From: an uncultured Flavobacteriaceae bacterium | GTDB taxonomy: Bacteria; Bacteroidota; Bacteroidia; Flavobacteriales; Flavobacteriaceae | Direction of reading: 5' to 3' | DNA: 64,000 nucleotides | Assembly (NCBI GenBank): GCA_905381055.1 | Contig: CAJPUR010000007.1 | Span: 57,705 to 121,704, forward strand | The notes under the pieces: model-generated | What the model saw: only the letters and a program-made list of their open reading frames with translations | What the model was told of the DNA's origin: nothing | Database searches by the model: none | Shown: piece by piece, positions 1 through 10,315 of the stretch | Layout of the letters: every line of letters starts with the position of its first letter | How positions within the stretch are numbered: position 1 is the first letter of the stretch | Position numbers and translations under genes: made by a program

Positions 1-2
1 TT

Positions 3-557
3 TCCAAATTTTTGAAAAATTGTTCAGATACAGAAAAATCTCAGATCGCTAAGGAATTTGTTAAATTTAATGAAAGATGCATGATAAGATTGTTAGGGGA
101 TATGAGGTCATATAATTATGTAATAACTCCCACTCACGATTTTGATCAAGTTGTTTATAAAATTAGATCAATTGATTTTGATCAACAATGTTTTGAAGGA
201 AAATTAAATATTTATAGACCTCAATTTTTTGAAGACAACAAACCTATGATGAATGTAGTAAGGAAAAAACTTTCTCATGATTCTGTTGTTCAATATAAAA
301 TTGAAGAAAGATCAATTGTTGCAAAAAGAATTATTAGTTCGGTTGATAGACTTAACAAACTAATAGAAGTCATGAAGAAAGATAGAATAACTAAAAATGA
401 AAATTTAAATCAATTAAAAAAAGAGATTTTTAAATTTACTAAAGAAAAAGATTTTATGAATTGTAAAAGTATGGGAGATTTAATGGAAGCTTCAATTAAT
501 TATGTGAAAAAGCATTATGAAAATCATAATTTAAATAATTTAATTAGATCTTATTAA
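3..557 (+). CDS. hypothetical protein, 5' end truncated by window edge
   Basis: The reading frame is open from the window edge (no stop before the TTG at nt 12 used by the ORF track). Stop TAA at 555-557. No family recognised. A weak kinase-like spacing (GDMRSYNYV ... IRSIDFDQ) is only suggestive. Confidence 0.5.
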   Translation, partial: SKFLKNCSDTEKSQIAKEFVKFNERCMIRLLGDMRSYNYVITPTHDFDQVVYKIRSIDFDQQCFEGKLNIYRPQFFEDNKPMMNVVRKKLSHDSVVQYKIEERSIVAKRIISSVDRLNKLIEVMKKDRITKNENLNQLKKEIFKFTKEKDFMNCKSMGDLMEASINYVKKHYENHNLNNLIRSY

Positions 558-1051
558 ATATAGAATTGATCATTTTGATCATCATTAGTTTTAAAACTTT
601 GTTCATTTTTTTCATTTATTGTTATATCTTGGTTTTCAACCTTAAAATCCTTAATAGGTGCTTCTTCAGGTACTTCTCCTTTTGAAAATGTTAGATACGG
701 ATATTGGTATTTTGAATTTTCCTCAGCAATTTTAACGAATTCAACAAAAAAAGTCCAAAGTGAAAGAAAATCATATACATAAATTAGTTTTAGATTTTTA
801 TTATTAACTAGATTTTTTAAAGTTTTATCTCTCATGGATTCAGTATTGTCATCAACATTTATCAAAGGTATTTCTTCACCTTGTTCCCATTTTTCATTTG
901 CAAAGAAGAATGAAGCCATTTCTTTTCCACCAAAACCAAAAGCATTAGCAATTGTAAAATGAAATTCCTCTAAATTAGAATTAGATTTAATTTCAATATC
1001 TCTAAAAACATCTTCTTTAGTATCTAATATTATTCTATACCTGTAAATCAT
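554..1051 (-). CDS. pRiA4b ORF-3-like family protein (unknown function)
   Basis: 165 aa. The N-terminal pattern MIYRYRIILD..VFRDIEI...LEEFH..IANAFGF resembles the pRiA4b ORF-3-like (PF07929-type) domain as I recall it. The start overlaps the ctaA stop by 4 nt. Confidence 0.6.
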   Translation of the reverse strand: MIYRYRIILDTKEDVFRDIEIKSNSNLEEFHFTIANAFGFGGKEMASFFFANEKWEQGEEIPLINVDDNTESMRDKTLKNLVNNKNLKLIYVYDFLSLWTFFVEFVKIAEENSKYQYPYLTFSKGEVPEEAPIKDFKVENQDITINEKNEQSFKTNDDQNDQFYI

Positions 1052-2082
1052 ATTGTTTTTTTTAAGGGGTTGTAGATGTTAAAAATCAGCAGCGATTGAA
1101 TTCCAAAAAGTAAAGCAGATAAAAGAAGATGAATTGGTTGAGAGGAAAAAGGAAATGAAAAATAATACATTATAGCTCCAATAATAATTTCAACAATTAA
1201 TATAAACATTATCAAATTTAATAAATAAATATTCCAATTATTTTTTTTGAAAACATAATAAATAAAAATATTTGAGCAAAATATTAAAGTAGAAAAACTT
1301 CTGTGGAAATAGAATTTGAAAGGAGCTAATTCTAACCAAATATCTTTTTTTTCTTGACCTAAACTATCTATTTGTATATCAATAAATTGTCTAACTTGAG
1401 TTCCGATAGTGATCTGAATAATTAATAATAAAAACGTTAAAATCATTAAGTGTTTTATTTTTTTTGGAATTATTGAATTAAAAGTTTTTTTTGAAGTTAT
1501 GAACAACAAATAGGTTAATCCAAATACAATTAAAAAAGCCATTAACATATGAAGTGAAACTTTATGGGGTAAGAGATTTGAGTCAACTACTAGTTTTCCG
1601 AGCCAAGCCTGAAATAGCATACCAATTAAAACTAAAAAACTTATTAGAAATAGTATTTTATTTTTATTTATATACTTTAATGAAAAAATGAATAAAATTA
1701 AAGTTGATAACCCAGCCAAAGCTCCTAGAAGTCTATTTACAAATTCAATCCATGTATGAGTTGCATTAAATTCTGCATAATCATGTTTCGTATAATTTTT
1801 CCAATTATTAAGATCTATAGATTCACTTGAAATAAAGTCATTGTAAGCAACTAACAGTGATTTATCTTTTATAATAATCTGGCCATTTTTATAATAATGA
1901 TTTTTCTTCCATTTTAAGTCTGAAATATTTGTAGGTGGTATATAATATCCAAAACATTTAGGCCAATCTGGGCAACCCATCCCACTTTCAGTCATTCTTA
2001 CTGTTCCACCAGCAAAAATCACTAGATAAACTAGACAAAGCGATATTAATGCAGAAAAATATAGTTTTTTATAATTGATCAT
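1048..2082 (-). CDS. ctaA: heme A synthase (COX15/CtaA family)
   Basis: 344-aa polytopic membrane protein with the CPDWPKCFG motif typical of COX15/CtaA and multiple conserved His in TM helices. Confidence 0.85.
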   Translation of the reverse strand: MINYKKLYFSALISLCLVYLVIFAGGTVRMTESGMGCPDWPKCFGYYIPPTNISDLKWKKNHYYKNGQIIIKDKSLLVAYNDFISSESIDLNNWKNYTKHDYAEFNATHTWIEFVNRLLGALAGLSTLILFIFSLKYINKNKILFLISFLVLIGMLFQAWLGKLVVDSNLLPHKVSLHMLMAFLIVFGLTYLLFITSKKTFNSIIPKKIKHLMILTFLLLIIQITIGTQVRQFIDIQIDSLGQEKKDIWLELAPFKFYFHRSFSTLIFCSNIFIYYVFKKNNWNIYLLNLIMFILIVEIIIGAIMYYFSFPFSSQPIHLLLSALLFGIQSLLIFNIYNPLKKTI

Positions 2083-3505
2083 TAATTTTTTTCTTTAAAT
2101 TCATTTCAGCCCCTAATTTCTTCATCATTTTTAAAGATTGTTTATAATCATTTTTAATTTCACCCTCAAGAATAGATTCTTTAATTTTTTCCTTTATAAT
2201 TCCTATTTCTCTACAGGGTTTTATTTTGAAATACTTCATTATATCTTCACCTGAAATTGGAGGTTGAAAATTTCTAATTCTATCTCTATTTTCTACTTCT
2301 CTAATTTTTTCTCTTACAACTTTGAAATTTTCATGATATAAATTAAATCTTATCATATTTTTTGTGGTTATATCAGCTTCACAAAGAGTTATAAGGTCGT
2401 CAATAAGGTCCCCTGCATCATAAATAATTCTTCTTATTGCTGAATCAGTAATTTTTTTTTGAGACAAAATTACGGGTCTTGAACTTAAAAAAATAATTTT
2501 TTGTACATACTTCATCTTTTCATTTAGGGGTAACCTTAATCTTTTAAAAATTTTATAAACCATTTTTGATCCCATTAGTTCATGACCATGAAAAGTCCAT
2601 CCGATTTTTTTGTCAAATTTTTTAGTTGGTGCTTTACCAATATCATGTAAAAGGGCAGCCCATCTTAACCATAGATTATCCGAATGATATGAGATATTTT
2701 CTAAAACTTCAAGCGTATGATAAAAGTTGTCTTTATGTTTTTGACCTTCAATTTCGTCTATACCTTTTAAGGAAGTTAATTCAGGTAAAATTAATTTTAA
2801 TAAACCTAACTTTTCAAGCAATATAAAACCTTTAGAAGGGGATTTTGATATCAATATTTTATTTAGTTCATCAACTATTCTTTCTCTTGAAATAATTTTA
2901 ATCCTTTTGGATTTTAATTTAATTGCTTTTTCTGATTCTTTTGAGATATTAAAATTGAGTTGGCAAGAAAATCTTATTGCCCTTAACATTCTTAGCGGGT
3001 CATCTTTGAATGTGATTTTTGGATCAAGGGGTGTTCTCAATATTTTGTTTTTAATGTCTTTAACACCATTAAATGGGTCAATTAAATTACCAAAAGAAGA
3101 AGAGTTCAATTGAATAGCTATGCTATTTATAGTGAAATCCCTTCTATTTTGGTCATCTTTTAAATTTCCCGAAATAATTTTTGGGTTTCTACTTTCAGAT
3201 GAATATGATTCCTTTCTTGCCCCAACAAATTCTAAATTTAATGAATTCCATTTAATCATTGCTGTACCATAGGTCTTAAAAATTTCAATTCTTGAAGCAT
3301 TTTTTAGTTTGGTTTTTATATTTTTTGCTAAATCAATACCTGATCCAATTATTAAAAAATCAATATCAGTAATTTTATTATTTTGATTAGCTATAATATC
3401 TCTTACATATCCTCCAATAACGTATACTGCACAATCCATCTCATCTGCAACTTTACTTACTAATTTGAATATAGGTGTTGATATATGATTATTTAAATTT
3501 ATCAT
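2069..3505 (-). CDS. cca: CCA-adding tRNA nucleotidyltransferase / poly(A) polymerase family protein with HD domain
   Basis: N-terminal GGYVRD nucleotidyltransferase head motif, RDFTINS, and a C-terminal HD domain (LLHDIGK). 478 aa. Confidence 0.85.
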   Translation of the reverse strand: MINLNNHISTPIFKLVSKVADEMDCAVYVIGGYVRDIIANQNNKITDIDFLIIGSGIDLAKNIKTKLKNASRIEIFKTYGTAMIKWNSLNLEFVGARKESYSSESRNPKIISGNLKDDQNRRDFTINSIAIQLNSSSFGNLIDPFNGVKDIKNKILRTPLDPKITFKDDPLRMLRAIRFSCQLNFNISKESEKAIKLKSKRIKIISRERIVDELNKILISKSPSKGFILLEKLGLLKLILPELTSLKGIDEIEGQKHKDNFYHTLEVLENISYHSDNLWLRWAALLHDIGKAPTKKFDKKIGWTFHGHELMGSKMVYKIFKRLRLPLNEKMKYVQKIIFLSSRPVILSQKKITDSAIRRIIYDAGDLIDDLITLCEADITTKNMIRFNLYHENFKVVREKIREVENRDRIRNFQPPISGEDIMKYFKIKPCREIGIIKEKIKESILEGEIKNDYKQSLKMMKKLGAEMNLKKKINDQL

Positions 3506-4065
3506 TAGTTTCTGTGTTCTATAATTTGGTTATCATTATCAATACTAATTATCCTTGATGGTTGACTAAATTTTTTAATGTTTTCCATTTTTGTGACATA
3601 ATCAACTCCATTTATTATTTTTAGTTTAATTTCATTAAAATTATTAGGGTTTTTCTCTCCGCTTATATTTGCTGAAGTAGCAATGATTGGTTTTCCAAAT
3701 AAGGAAATTATTTTTTTACAAGTACTATCTTTTACTACTCTTATAGCAATTGAATTTTCTTTTGATTTAATATTTCCAGTTAAATTTTTATGATTTTTAT
3801 AAATTATTGATGTTGGCTTCAATTCAGTTAAAATAATTTCTTTTATTTTATCTGAAACTGGTCCAACTATTTTTTCTAAAGACTCAATATTAGGGACAAG
3901 GTGTATAAGTGATTTTGATTTATTCCTCCCCTTTAATTTAAAAATTTTTTCAATTGAAAATTCATTAGATGCATCACATGTTATTCCCCATATAGTATCA
4001 GTGGGCATTAGGATAATCTTCCCTTGCTTTAAGTTAGAAACAATTTTTTTAATTTCCTTTTCCAA
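3505..4065 (-). CDS. tsaC: L-threonylcarbamoyladenylate synthase (YrdC/TsaC family)
   Basis: 186 aa with YrdC-like motifs (PTDTIWGI, KLKGRNKSKSL, TSANISGE). Its stop shares one nucleotide with the cca start (TAATG). Confidence 0.8.
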   Translation of the reverse strand: MEKEIKKIVSNLKQGKIILMPTDTIWGITCDASNEFSIEKIFKLKGRNKSKSLIHLVPNIESLEKIVGPVSDKIKEIILTELKPTSIIYKNHKNLTGNIKSKENSIAIRVVKDSTCKKIISLFGKPIIATSANISGEKNPNNFNEIKLKIINGVDYVTKMENIKKFSQPSRIISIDNDNQIIEHRN

Positions 4066-4076
4066 AAACTTTATCT

Positions 4077-4883
4077 TTATACAGATACATTGTTATCTCT
4101 TAATGCATCATTCAATGATGTTTTTTTATCAGTACTCTCTTTTCTTTTACCAATTATTAGTGCGCAAGGTACTTGAAAATCCCCTGATTTAAATTTTTTA
4201 GTATAACTACCAGGAATGACTACTGACCTTGATGGAATATATCCTTTAATTTCTTTTGGTTTATCTTTTGTTACATCAATAATTTTGGTAGATGCAGTCA
4301 AAACGACATTAGCTCCCAAAACAGCTTCTCTTTCAATTTTTACTCCTTCAACAATTATGGATCTTGAGCCAATAAATGCATTATCCTCAATGATTACCGG
4401 GGATGCCTGTAAAGGTTCTAAAACTCCACCAACTCCAACTCCACCACTTAAATGAACATTTTTACCAATTTGCGCACAACTCCCAACAGTTGCCCATGTA
4501 TCTACCATTGTTCCTTGATCTACATAAGCTCCAATATTTATAAAACTCGGCATTAAAATAACTCCAGGCGAAATATATGAACCTTTTCTTGCAACTGCAT
4601 TAGGAACAACTCTAATGTCATTTTTTGCATAATTAGATTTTAATGGAATTTTATCATGAAATTCAAGTGGACCAGCATACATTGTCTCCATCTTTTTTAT
4701 TGGAAAGTATAGTATTACAGCTTTTTTTACCCATTCATTAATAATCCAACCATTTTTATTTGGACTGGCAACACGTAATTCACCTTTATCTAAACTTTCA
4801 ATTACATTTAAAATACATTTTTTTACATCATTATTTTTCAGAAGATCTTTATTTTTCCATGCTTTTTCTATAATATCTTTCAT
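4077..4883 (-). CDS. dapD: 2,3,4,5-tetrahydropyridine-2,6-dicarboxylate N-succinyltransferase
   Basis: 268 aa with a left-handed beta-helix hexapeptide region (GAYVDQGTMVDTWATVGSCAQIGKNVHLSGGVGVGGVLEP) characteristic of DapD. Confidence 0.9.
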   Translation of the reverse strand: MKDIIEKAWKNKDLLKNNDVKKCILNVIESLDKGELRVASPNKNGWIINEWVKKAVILYFPIKKMETMYAGPLEFHDKIPLKSNYAKNDIRVVPNAVARKGSYISPGVILMPSFINIGAYVDQGTMVDTWATVGSCAQIGKNVHLSGGVGVGGVLEPLQASPVIIEDNAFIGSRSIIVEGVKIEREAVLGANVVLTASTKIIDVTKDKPKEIKGYIPSRSVVIPGSYTKKFKSGDFQVPCALIIGKRKESTDKKTSLNDALRDNNVSV

Positions 4884-4971
4884 TGTTTAATTTTTTTATT
4901 CAAATTTAATATTTTAAAGGGACTTTATAAGTATAATTTTTACTATATGATATTGCTTATTATATTTGCAT

Positions 4972-5394
4972 ATGTCTGTGATTATTGCAATTGATTTTGG
5001 TGAAAAAAGGACTGGTATAGCAATTACTGATCCTTTAAAGATAATTGCTTCATCACTTACTACCATACAAACTAACTTAGTAATTGACTATTTAATTGAA
5101 TTTACTTCAAAAAATGATGTTGAAAAATTTGTTATAGGTTCACCTAAACAAAGAGATAATTCAGAATCTTCTGTTGAATTTAAAATTTTAGGTTTTATTA
5201 AAAAATTAAAAAATAGTATTCCTGAAATATCAATTGATAGATATGATGAAAGATATACTTCAGTTATTGCAAAAAAAATTATAATAGAATCAGGTATTAA
5301 AAAAAATAAAAGAAAAAATAAATATCTTGTTGATTCAATTAGCGCAACTGTTTTATTACAATCTTATCTTGAAAGAAAAAAAAATAAAAAATGA
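4972..5394 (+). CDS. ruvX: Holliday junction resolvase-like nuclease RuvX (YqgF)
   Basis: The IIAIDFGEKRTGIAITD motif matches the YqgF family. I place the start at ATG 4972 (the track start at 4966 is TTG). Confidence 0.85.
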   Translation: MSVIIAIDFGEKRTGIAITDPLKIIASSLTTIQTNLVIDYLIEFTSKNDVEKFVIGSPKQRDNSESSVEFKILGFIKKLKNSIPEISIDRYDERYTSVIAKKIIIESGIKKNKRKNKYLVDSISATVLLQSYLERKKNKK

Positions 5395-5975
5395 TTTTAC
5401 CAATTTTATCATATGGTTCTTCCGTTCTAAAAAGAAAAGCACAAGAAGTCGATTTTAGTAATCCAAATTTAAAGAAACACATTATGGACATGTGGGAAAC
5501 AATGTATGCAGCATCTGGAGTTGGAATTGCAGCTCCTCAAGTAGGTTTATCTTTAAGACTTTTTTTGGTTGATGGTACACCTTTTTATGAGGATGATCAA
5601 ATCGAAGACAACTATAAATACCAATTAAAAAATCTAAAAAAAGTATTTATTAATCCAGAAATCATTGAAACGGGGAATAAGTGGTCTTTTAATGAAGGAT
5701 GCTTAAGTATTCCTGATATTAGAGAAGAAATTTATAGAAAAGAGAAAATTGAAATAAAATATTTTGATGAAAACTTTATTTTGAGAAAGGAGAAATTCTT
5801 TGGATTAGCAGCTAGGATAATTCAGCATGAATTTGACCATATTGAAGGAGTATTGTTTACTGATAGGTTATCGTCACTGAAGAAAAAAATGTTGAATGGT
5901 AAATTAGTGGATATTTCAAAGGGAAAAGTTAAGGTTAATTATTTAATGAAATTCCCAATTATTAGAAAAAAATAA
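5391..5975 (+). CDS. def: peptide deformylase
   Basis: All three Def motifs are present: GIAAPQVG, EGCLSIP, QHEFDHIEG. ATGA overlap with ruvX. Confidence 0.95.
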   Translation: MILPILSYGSSVLKRKAQEVDFSNPNLKKHIMDMWETMYAASGVGIAAPQVGLSLRLFLVDGTPFYEDDQIEDNYKYQLKNLKKVFINPEIIETGNKWSFNEGCLSIPDIREEIYRKEKIEIKYFDENFILRKEKFFGLAARIIQHEFDHIEGVLFTDRLSSLKKKMLNGKLVDISKGKVKVNYLMKFPIIRKK

Positions 5976-5977
5976 AA

Positions 5978-6754
5978 ATGTCAAATAATAGAGAAAAAAG
6001 TAATTCAATTTATAAATTAATTAAAATAATAGAAAAATTAAGAGTAAAATGCCCTTGGGATAGAGAACAAACTTTTGATAGCTTGCGAAGTCTTACTATT
6101 GAGGAAACTTTTGAATTGTCAGAGGCTATTATTTTAAATAATAATGAACAAATTAAAAATGAATTGGGAGATATATTGTTACACATAATTTTTTATTCAA
6201 CAATTGCTAGTGAAAGTAATTTGTTCAATATAAATGATGTGTCAGAATCAATTTCTAAAAAACTTATAAATAGGCACCCACATGTTTTTGCAAATAAAAA
6301 AATTAAAAACACCAAGGATTTGAAAAGAAATTGGGAGGAGGTTAAGCTAAAGGAAGGGAGTAAAAGTGTTTTAAGTGGTGTACCTAAAGGATTACCCCCA
6401 ATATATAAAGCAATGAGAATTCAAGATAAAGTCTCTAGTATAGGATTTGATTGGAATAAATTAACTGATGTGAAGAAAAAAATAAATGAGGAACTACTTG
6501 AACTTGAAGCAGAAATAAATGATAATAATAAAGATAAAATTGAAAATGAGTTTGGTGACTTGCTTTTTTCTCTTATTAATTACGCAAGATTTATTAAAAT
6601 TGACCCTTCAAAATCATTAGAAAAGACCAACTTAAAGTTTATTAAAAGATTTAATTTTATTGAAAAACATGTGTCTTCAAAAGGGATGAAAATTAAAGAT
6701 TTTTCTATTAATCAATTAGATTTACTATGGGAAAAATCAAAGATATCTTCTTAA
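5978..6754 (+). CDS. mazG: nucleoside triphosphate pyrophosphohydrolase MazG
   Basis: Tandem MazG domains: CPWDREQTF..L....EETFEL and a second EE..DLLF repeat. 258 aa. Confidence 0.85.
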   Translation: MSNNREKSNSIYKLIKIIEKLRVKCPWDREQTFDSLRSLTIEETFELSEAIILNNNEQIKNELGDILLHIIFYSTIASESNLFNINDVSESISKKLINRHPHVFANKKIKNTKDLKRNWEEVKLKEGSKSVLSGVPKGLPPIYKAMRIQDKVSSIGFDWNKLTDVKKKINEELLELEAEINDNNKDKIENEFGDLLFSLINYARFIKIDPSKSLEKTNLKFIKRFNFIEKHVSSKGMKIKDFSINQLDLLWEKSKISS

Positions 6755-8442
6755 TCATTGATTGGAATTTCTTTTTTATTTTTATTTGCAAAATTTTTAT
6801 TGAAGCAATCGTTAATTAATTTTATTTTTTCTTCAATTATTAGGATTTCCTTATTTAATGATATGATTTTTTTGTTTACTTTAATATACATTGGATTTTT
6901 TTCGCTAGACTTAGAAAAAAAATGTAAATTATTTTCAAGTTGAATGAGTTCATTTTTTATCTTATTTTTTTCAATATTCAAGTCGCTTTTTGTAGAATTA
7001 ATTTGAGGTTCAGAGTTCATAATTATTAATAATTTTACATCAAATCTCATTTTTTCTTTGATACTAAAACTCAAATTGGTTTGATTAATTATTTTAAAAA
7101 AAACGTCTAATAACTTTTCATTTGTTTTTATTTTTAATCTATCATAATCAGAAGTAATTTTTTTAGAATTATCAATAAATTCAGATATTAATTCTAAGTA
7201 CTCACTTTCTTTTGTGATTTTTTTTGGAATCTTTATTTTATTAACATATTCATTGAGTTCGTTTATTTTTTCTCTATCTTTTATTGAATCAAAATTTTCT
7301 TTACTTTTGATATTGTCAAAAAAGTCTCCACAAACTTTTTTAAATTCTTCCCATAATTTATCTGAAATTTTTTTTGGAATTCCTTTAGATTCTTTCCATT
7401 TTTTTTGAATATTTTTTACAACGTTTATATTCTTTTGTATATCATTTTCTTCAATTATAAATTTAATTTGGTTTATTAATTCTTTTTTGAAATTGATATT
7501 ATCATTAATTTCTTTTTTCCTCGTTTTATAAAATATATTTTTTTTATTATTAATTTCTTTTAAAGACAACCTAAAATTTGACCAAATTTTTTTATTAATG
7601 TCTTTTGGTGTTCTACCAATTGATTGAAATTGATTTTTTAATTCATTAATTTCATTAATAATTTTTTTGATGTTGGAAAAATTAAAATCAACTTCGATAC
7701 TTATTTGATTTAATCTTTCAATAATTTTGTTCTTTTTATTAAGATTATCCTCGAATAACTCTTCCCTTTTTTTATAAGCAATATTTTTTTTTGAATGAAC
7801 CATTTTGGATGATTTTTGAAATCTTTTCCATAATTCATCGCTGTGTTTTTTTTCTACTGGTCCAAGTTCATTTTTCCAAAGTCTATGAAGATTATTTAAT
7901 TCTCTTATAGATTTATGAATATCTTTTTCCGCATCCTTTGCAAGTAACTCTGTTTTTTCAATAATTTTTATTTTCTCATTATAATTATGTTGAAAATCTT
8001 TTTCTCTTAATTCTCTATTTAAGTGTAAAAAATTGTAAAACCTTTCAATATGATGCTTGTAAGTTTCCCAAAGATTATTATTTTCATATTTAGGAACTGG
8101 TCCAACAGAATACCATTTTTTTTGAAGCTTTTTAAATTTATTGTAAATAATGTGAGTCTTATCATTTGAAACGATTAATGCTTTTATTTCATTTATAATT
8201 TCAATTTTTATTTTTAAATTTTCATTTCTTTTATTTTCTAATGATTTGAAGAATTGTTTTTTCTTTTTTGAAAAACTTATTTCAATTTCATTAATTTCTA
8301 TTTTCTCTTTTTCAAATACGATTTTGTTTAAATTTTTAAATAATAATTCAATCTCATTAATTTTTTTGTGCCACTCTTTATCATTTAAAAGATTATTTAA
8401 ATTCTGAATATCCTGTTTTATTTGAGTTTTTTTAATTGGCAT
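6751..8442 (-). CDS. DUF349 domain-containing protein
   Basis: 563 aa, K/E/N-rich. It has several internally repeated ~70-aa units of the form W..(G)P(VI)PK......LW..F typical of DUF349. Confidence 0.7.
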   Translation of the reverse strand: MPIKKTQIKQDIQNLNNLLNDKEWHKKINEIELLFKNLNKIVFEKEKIEINEIEISFSKKKKQFFKSLENKRNENLKIKIEIINEIKALIVSNDKTHIIYNKFKKLQKKWYSVGPVPKYENNNLWETYKHHIERFYNFLHLNRELREKDFQHNYNEKIKIIEKTELLAKDAEKDIHKSIRELNNLHRLWKNELGPVEKKHSDELWKRFQKSSKMVHSKKNIAYKKREELFEDNLNKKNKIIERLNQISIEVDFNFSNIKKIINEINELKNQFQSIGRTPKDINKKIWSNFRLSLKEINNKKNIFYKTRKKEINDNINFKKELINQIKFIIEENDIQKNINVVKNIQKKWKESKGIPKKISDKLWEEFKKVCGDFFDNIKSKENFDSIKDREKINELNEYVNKIKIPKKITKESEYLELISEFIDNSKKITSDYDRLKIKTNEKLLDVFFKIINQTNLSFSIKEKMRFDVKLLIIMNSEPQINSTKSDLNIEKNKIKNELIQLENNLHFFSKSSEKNPMYIKVNKKIISLNKEILIIEEKIKLINDCFNKNFANKNKKEIPIND

Positions 8443-8571
8443 TTTAAAAATTAACTTTCGAATTAATTAAATTTATTTAAAATTTTTAAAAAATTATTAT
8501 CATAAAATTAATATTTAATGATATAATTATTTTAAAAGATATAAAATATTTTATTTATTAAATATAGGAAA

Positions 8572-9324
8572 TTATTGGTTCCAAATATCCCATGCCTTTT
8601 CGGCTTGCTCTTCAAGCATTTGAGTTCCATTTAATATTTTACACCCTCTTTCTTTACCTTTTTTTAAAAATTGGGTTTCATTTGGATTATATATAAGATC
8701 AAAAAGGAAATGCTTCTCTGTTAAGAAATCGTAATTTATATTTGGAGCATCCTTTAAATTAGGATATGTTCCGACTGGAGAACAATTAATAATTAATTTA
8801 TGAGTATTTAAAATTTTTTTTGAGATTCTTGAATAGCTAATCTGATTTTTTTTTGGATTTCTTGAAACCAAGGTGGTTTTTATGTTATTGTTATTTAGCA
8901 CATACTTGACAGCTTTTGAAGCACCTCCAGTTCCAAATATTAAACATTTGGTTTGAATTTTTTTCCAATTATTGAATAATGCTTTTTCAAAACCATTAAT
9001 ATCTGTATTAAAGCCTTTTGTTAAACCATTTTTTAAAAAACAAATAGTATTTACTGCGTTTATTGCTTTTGCTTTTGAATCAATAAAATCAAGATAAGGA
9101 ATTATTTTTTGTTTGTAGGGGATTGTGACATTTAGGCCTTTTATATCCTTAATTAAAAAAATTTTTTTAACCAAATCAATTGAACTAATATCAAAATTAT
9201 CATATGTATGATTTTTAATATTTTCTTTAATGAATTTTTCTTCAAAATATTTTTTAGAAAATGAATAATCTATGTTTTTCCCAATTAAACCAAATCTTTT
9301 TCTAGTTTTAATTTTTAGATCCAT
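8572..9324 (-). CDS. aroE: shikimate dehydrogenase
   Basis: N-terminal FGLIGKNIDYSFSK substrate-binding motif and GTGGASKAV Rossmann motif. 250 aa. Confidence 0.85.
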   Translation of the reverse strand: MDLKIKTRKRFGLIGKNIDYSFSKKYFEEKFIKENIKNHTYDNFDISSIDLVKKIFLIKDIKGLNVTIPYKQKIIPYLDFIDSKAKAINAVNTICFLKNGLTKGFNTDINGFEKALFNNWKKIQTKCLIFGTGGASKAVKYVLNNNNIKTTLVSRNPKKNQISYSRISKKILNTHKLIINCSPVGTYPNLKDAPNINYDFLTEKHFLFDLIYNPNETQFLKKGKERGCKILNGTQMLEEQAEKAWDIWNQ

Positions 9325-10315
9325 ATTTTTCTAAAATTACAATTATTAAAATACCAAAAAAAATAAAGAGTAAAATATATAAATTTTCACTATTCAATTG
9401 ATTTGGAAAATATGGTTTACTTAATAAAATATTTGAAAAAATGTTTGAATTAACATCAGATTCATTAATGATAGATTCATCTATTTTTTTCCAAGGCCAT
9501 ATCGATGGTAATGTTCCTATTATAAATCCAGACAATAGGCTAATAGTTAGGTCGTTATATTTTCTTAATAAAAAACTCAAAATATTTGAAAGTGTAATTA
9601 ATCCAATTAAGGATCCTAATGAAAAAAGTACTATAACTTTTAGCATAAATACTTTTTCATTATTATTTAGAAATTCAAAATTTAGTTGTAATAAATCTCT
9701 AATTATAAATAAGAGGTTATTTACTGAATCAACTAATATTAATTTGTAATTACCAATTATTAAAAGTAAATAAGATCCTGATAATCCTGGAAGGGTCATT
9801 CCAGAAATACTTATAAATCCACATAAAACAATAAACAATAACGATTTTCTTTCAATGCCAGGATCAATTAGAATTATTGAAAATCCAAAAACAAAACCCA
9901 GAATAGTAATTGCAATATTTTTTAATTGATAATAGCTTGATATTTTCTTAATTATGAAGTAAACCGAGCTTAAAATCATTCCAAAAAACAAACCTAATAC
10001 TTGCTTTTCAAAATTAATCATGTAGTAATCTAAAATTAATGAAACTGAAAAAAAACTAAATATTACTCCAGAAAAAATACAAATTAAAAATTTAGAATTA
10101 GTAGCTTTAAAAAAATCGTTAATTCTTCCGTTTCTAAGTAAAAGCAAAGAATTAATATTAAAGCTTTTAAAAGTTTCTATTAATTCTTGATAAAAACCTG
10201 TAATTAAAGCAACTATTCCTCCAGATACTCCTGGTATTTTGTTGGCTAAACCCATAGCTGCACCTTTTAAAATTAATAAGATGAAGTCTTTATTAGTTCT
10301 CTTAATCACTTTCAA
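9308..10315 (-). CDS. DUF368 family membrane protein (PopT-like polyprenyl-phosphate transporter family)
   Basis: 335-aa polytopic protein with an N-terminal IPGVSGG motif and an internal LPGLSGS repeat motif. Confidence 0.85.
   Translation of the reverse strand: MKVIKRTNKDFILLILKGAAMGLANKIPGVSGGIVALITGFYQELIETFKSFNINSLLLLRNGRINDFFKATNSKFLICIFSGVIFSFFSVSLILDYYMINFEKQVLGLFFGMILSSVYFIIKKISSYYQLKNIAITILGFVFGFSIILIDPGIERKSLLFIVLCGFISISGMTLPGLSGSYLLLIIGNYKLILVDSVNNLLFIIRDLLQLNFEFLNNNEKVFMLKVIVLFSLGSLIGLITLSNILSFLLRKYNDLTISLLSGFIIGTLPSIWPWKKIDESIINESDVNSNIFSNILLSKPYFPNQLNSENLYILLFIFFGILIIVILEKYGSKN

Noticed and set aside
554-1051. The 'plasmid pRiA4b ORF-3-like' name as evidence for a plasmid or mobile element.
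   Set aside because: The gene is translationally coupled to ctaA within a housekeeping operon. No replication, conjugation or transposition genes are nearby.
2626-3113. Two plus-strand ORFs (66 and 68 aa) inside the cca gene. Similar short antisense ORFs occur at 4001-4455, 6758-7408, 9441-9749, 17266-17514, 19018-19281, 19791-19994, 20816-21046, 24594-24797, 33434-33640, 35205-35396, 38284-38579, 40248-40532, 41273-41470, 41695-41892, 43471-43653, 48614-48856, 49700-49918, 53179-53424, 57929-58150 and 60899-61899.
   Set aside because: All are 60-113 aa and fully embedded antisense or out of frame in well-supported genes. Their products are Phe/Ile/Leu/Ser-rich, as expected from the reverse complement of A-rich coding sequence. 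No family motifs are present.
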